A DNA stretch of 35,853 bases from Planctomycetota bacterium (GTDB lineage: Bacteria; Planctomycetota; SZUA-567; H5-PLA8), in NCBI GenBank assembly GCA_038227875.1, contig JBBRPR010000078.1, forward strand, positions 1 through 35,853. The letters run 5' to 3'. The position numbers and the translations under genes are program-made. Below are positions 34,460 to 35,853 of the stretch, in pieces. Numbering within the stretch: position 1 is the stretch's first letter; every line of letters begins with the position of its first letter. A model generated the notes under the pieces. That model was given only the letters and a program-made list of their open reading frames with translations. It searched no databases and was not told the DNA's origin.

Positions 34460-35853
34460 GACAAGCAGTTCTCGCGCTGATCTCGACACTCGCCTTTTTC
34501 ACGGGGCTGCTCTTGGCCGGCGATGCTCCTGACGCCAAGCCGCCCACGCCCGCCCCGGCAACTCCGAAGGTTCAAATTCCCGAGATCTATCAGGAGTACA
34601 AGGATTACAAGCCGTCGTTCCTCAAGTTCATTCCCAAAGACAAAAACGAGGAATATGGCGCCACCATGGGCCAACCGGGTGGCTGGCTGAAAGATGAGAG
34701 TGAGCGAAAACTCTCGTCGGAGCCGTCGTTTTACACGCTCAGCAGCGGCACCGGTCTGTGCATGGACGATGAAATGGACGGCTACATTAAGGTAGCCAAG
34801 GAATACGAATCCGCCGGAAACTCCCGCAAGGCGTTGGAAACTTACCTGGAGCTGTTCGAGAAACGGCTGAACCGAAGCCCGTACGACATGCTGTACAGGG
34901 TTTCCGAGTACGGCGTGTTTGTGCCGATGCGCCAATATTGTTTGCGCCGGATTCTGAACATGCCCGCCGTGGAATTGGACTACTACCGCAAGTTGATGGA
35001 CGCGACCGCACAGGAATCGTTCGAGCAGGCGCGCCGTCAGAATTCGTTGACCGGATTGGCCGAAGTGGCGGACACCATGCTGGCCACTTCCTATGGCGAC
35101 AAGGCGCTGCTGGAACTCGGCAACGCGGCCATGGATGACCGCAATTTCTTGCAAGCGTCCGAGTACTATTCCGCGCTCTTGACGTTCTTCAAAGATTCCA
35201 AATGCCGCACGCCGGAATTGGATTTAAAGGTCGCTTACTGCAAGAAGATGATTGGTGAAGCGCCCACATCCACCAATCCGAAGGAAAAATCCGGCATCAG
35301 CCAGGCGGACTTGGATCGCTTGAAAGTCCTCGTCTCAGGAGCGATCAAAGATCCTGAATCCACCTCGCAGTTAGCGAGCGCACCCAACGTCGCCTGCGAC
35401 GACTTCACGCGCTTTTTGCCCTTGGAAGATCCGATCGCTATCAAGGATCCCGTCTGGAAATTTGCGTTGCCCGGTTCGCGTAAGGATAATTTCGTCTATT
35501 CGCAGCCGGTGGTTACGGAAAACAGTCTGATCTACCGGAACAAGAACATCATTTATTGCCACTCGCTAGTGAATGGCCAACTGCGCTGGGTGAACGACAT
35601 GGGCGGCATGGTACGCGCCCAAAATTGGCGCGAAATGATGCATCCGGAAGAAGACGTGCTGGTCAAAGACGGCATGGTGTTTACGCCCATGCAAAAGGTT
35701 GGTCCGTCCCTCGTCGCGCTCGATGAAATCTCCGGACAATTGCGCTGGGCACACGGCCCGCTCGCCGCTTCCACGCATGAAGAATCGTTGATGCGCTTTG
35801 AAGCTGCGCCGGCGGCCGGAGAAGGAACCATCTTTGCCGGGTACGTGTTGGAC
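34456..35853 (+). CDS. Secreted TPR-like + PQQ-like beta-propeller protein (3'-truncated by the window end; absent from the ORF track)
   Basis: ATGA overlap at 34456. My translation begins MRQAVLALISTLAFFTGLLLAGDAPDAKPPTPAP, then helical TPR-like YGDKALLELGNAAMDDRNFLQASEYY, then blades IYCHSLVNGQLRW and LVALDEISGQLRW. The frame is open to the end. Confidence 0.85.
   Translation, partial: MRQAVLALISTLAFFTGLLLAGDAPDAKPPTPAPATPKVQIPEIYQEYKDYKPSFLKFIPKDKNEEYGATMGQPGGWLKDESERKLSSEPSFYTLSSGTGLCMDDEMDGYIKVAKEYESAGNSRKALETYLELFEKRLNRSPYDMLYRVSEYGVFVPMRQYCLRRILNMPAVELDYYRKLMDATAQESFEQARRQNSLTGLAEVADTMLATSYGDKALLELGNAAMDDRNFLQASEYYSALLTFFKDSKCRTPELDLKVAYCKKMIGEAPTSTNPKEKSGISQADLDRLKVLVSGAIKDPESTSQLASAPNVACDDFTRFLPLEDPIAIKDPVWKFALPGSRKDNFVYSQPVVTENSLIYRNKNIIYCHSLVNGQLRWVNDMGGMVRAQNWREMMHPEEDVLVKDGMVFTPMQKVGPSLVALDEISGQLRWAHGPLAASTHEESLMRFEAAPAAGEGTIFAGYVLD

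Overview
High-GC, gene-dense bacterial window, most likely Planctomycetota/PVC. This is inferred from a DUF1559-type pseudopilin, a DWPQW-type PQQ propeller, a sulfatase and a BatA/vWA/MoxR operon. From left to right: (1) a probable IS21-family terminus at 1-140 that appears to have cut off the 5' end of a beta-helix/PKD surface-protein gene; (2) an ArsR repressor with a palindromic operator over its promoter, followed by a split YeeE/YedE sulfur-transporter pair; (3) pgm and a secreted PQQ-like propeller; (4) a GH88/105 + sulfatase + GH127 + AraC catabolic block; (5) an exported rhodanese and a compact operon of membrane protein, pseudopilin and ABC transporter; (6) an AT-rich ~480-bp gap between convergent genes that holds a near-consensus sigma70 promoter, a boxA-like motif and a series of palindromes, but no credible gene (candidate ncRNA); (7) a 961-aa secreted FlgD-Ig/NHL protein; (8) a >16-kb envelope operon, mostly with overlapping or abutting stop/start codons. 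It encodes two vWA membrane proteins, a secreted prenyltransferase-fold protein, a DUF4175-like protein, an NPCBM protein, a lipoprotein, a tandem MoxR pair (one with a Walker-A K->R change, one with a Zn-ribbon), DUF58 and a TPR/PQQ-propeller protein that runs off the window end. All domain names come from motif recognition by eye, not database searches.
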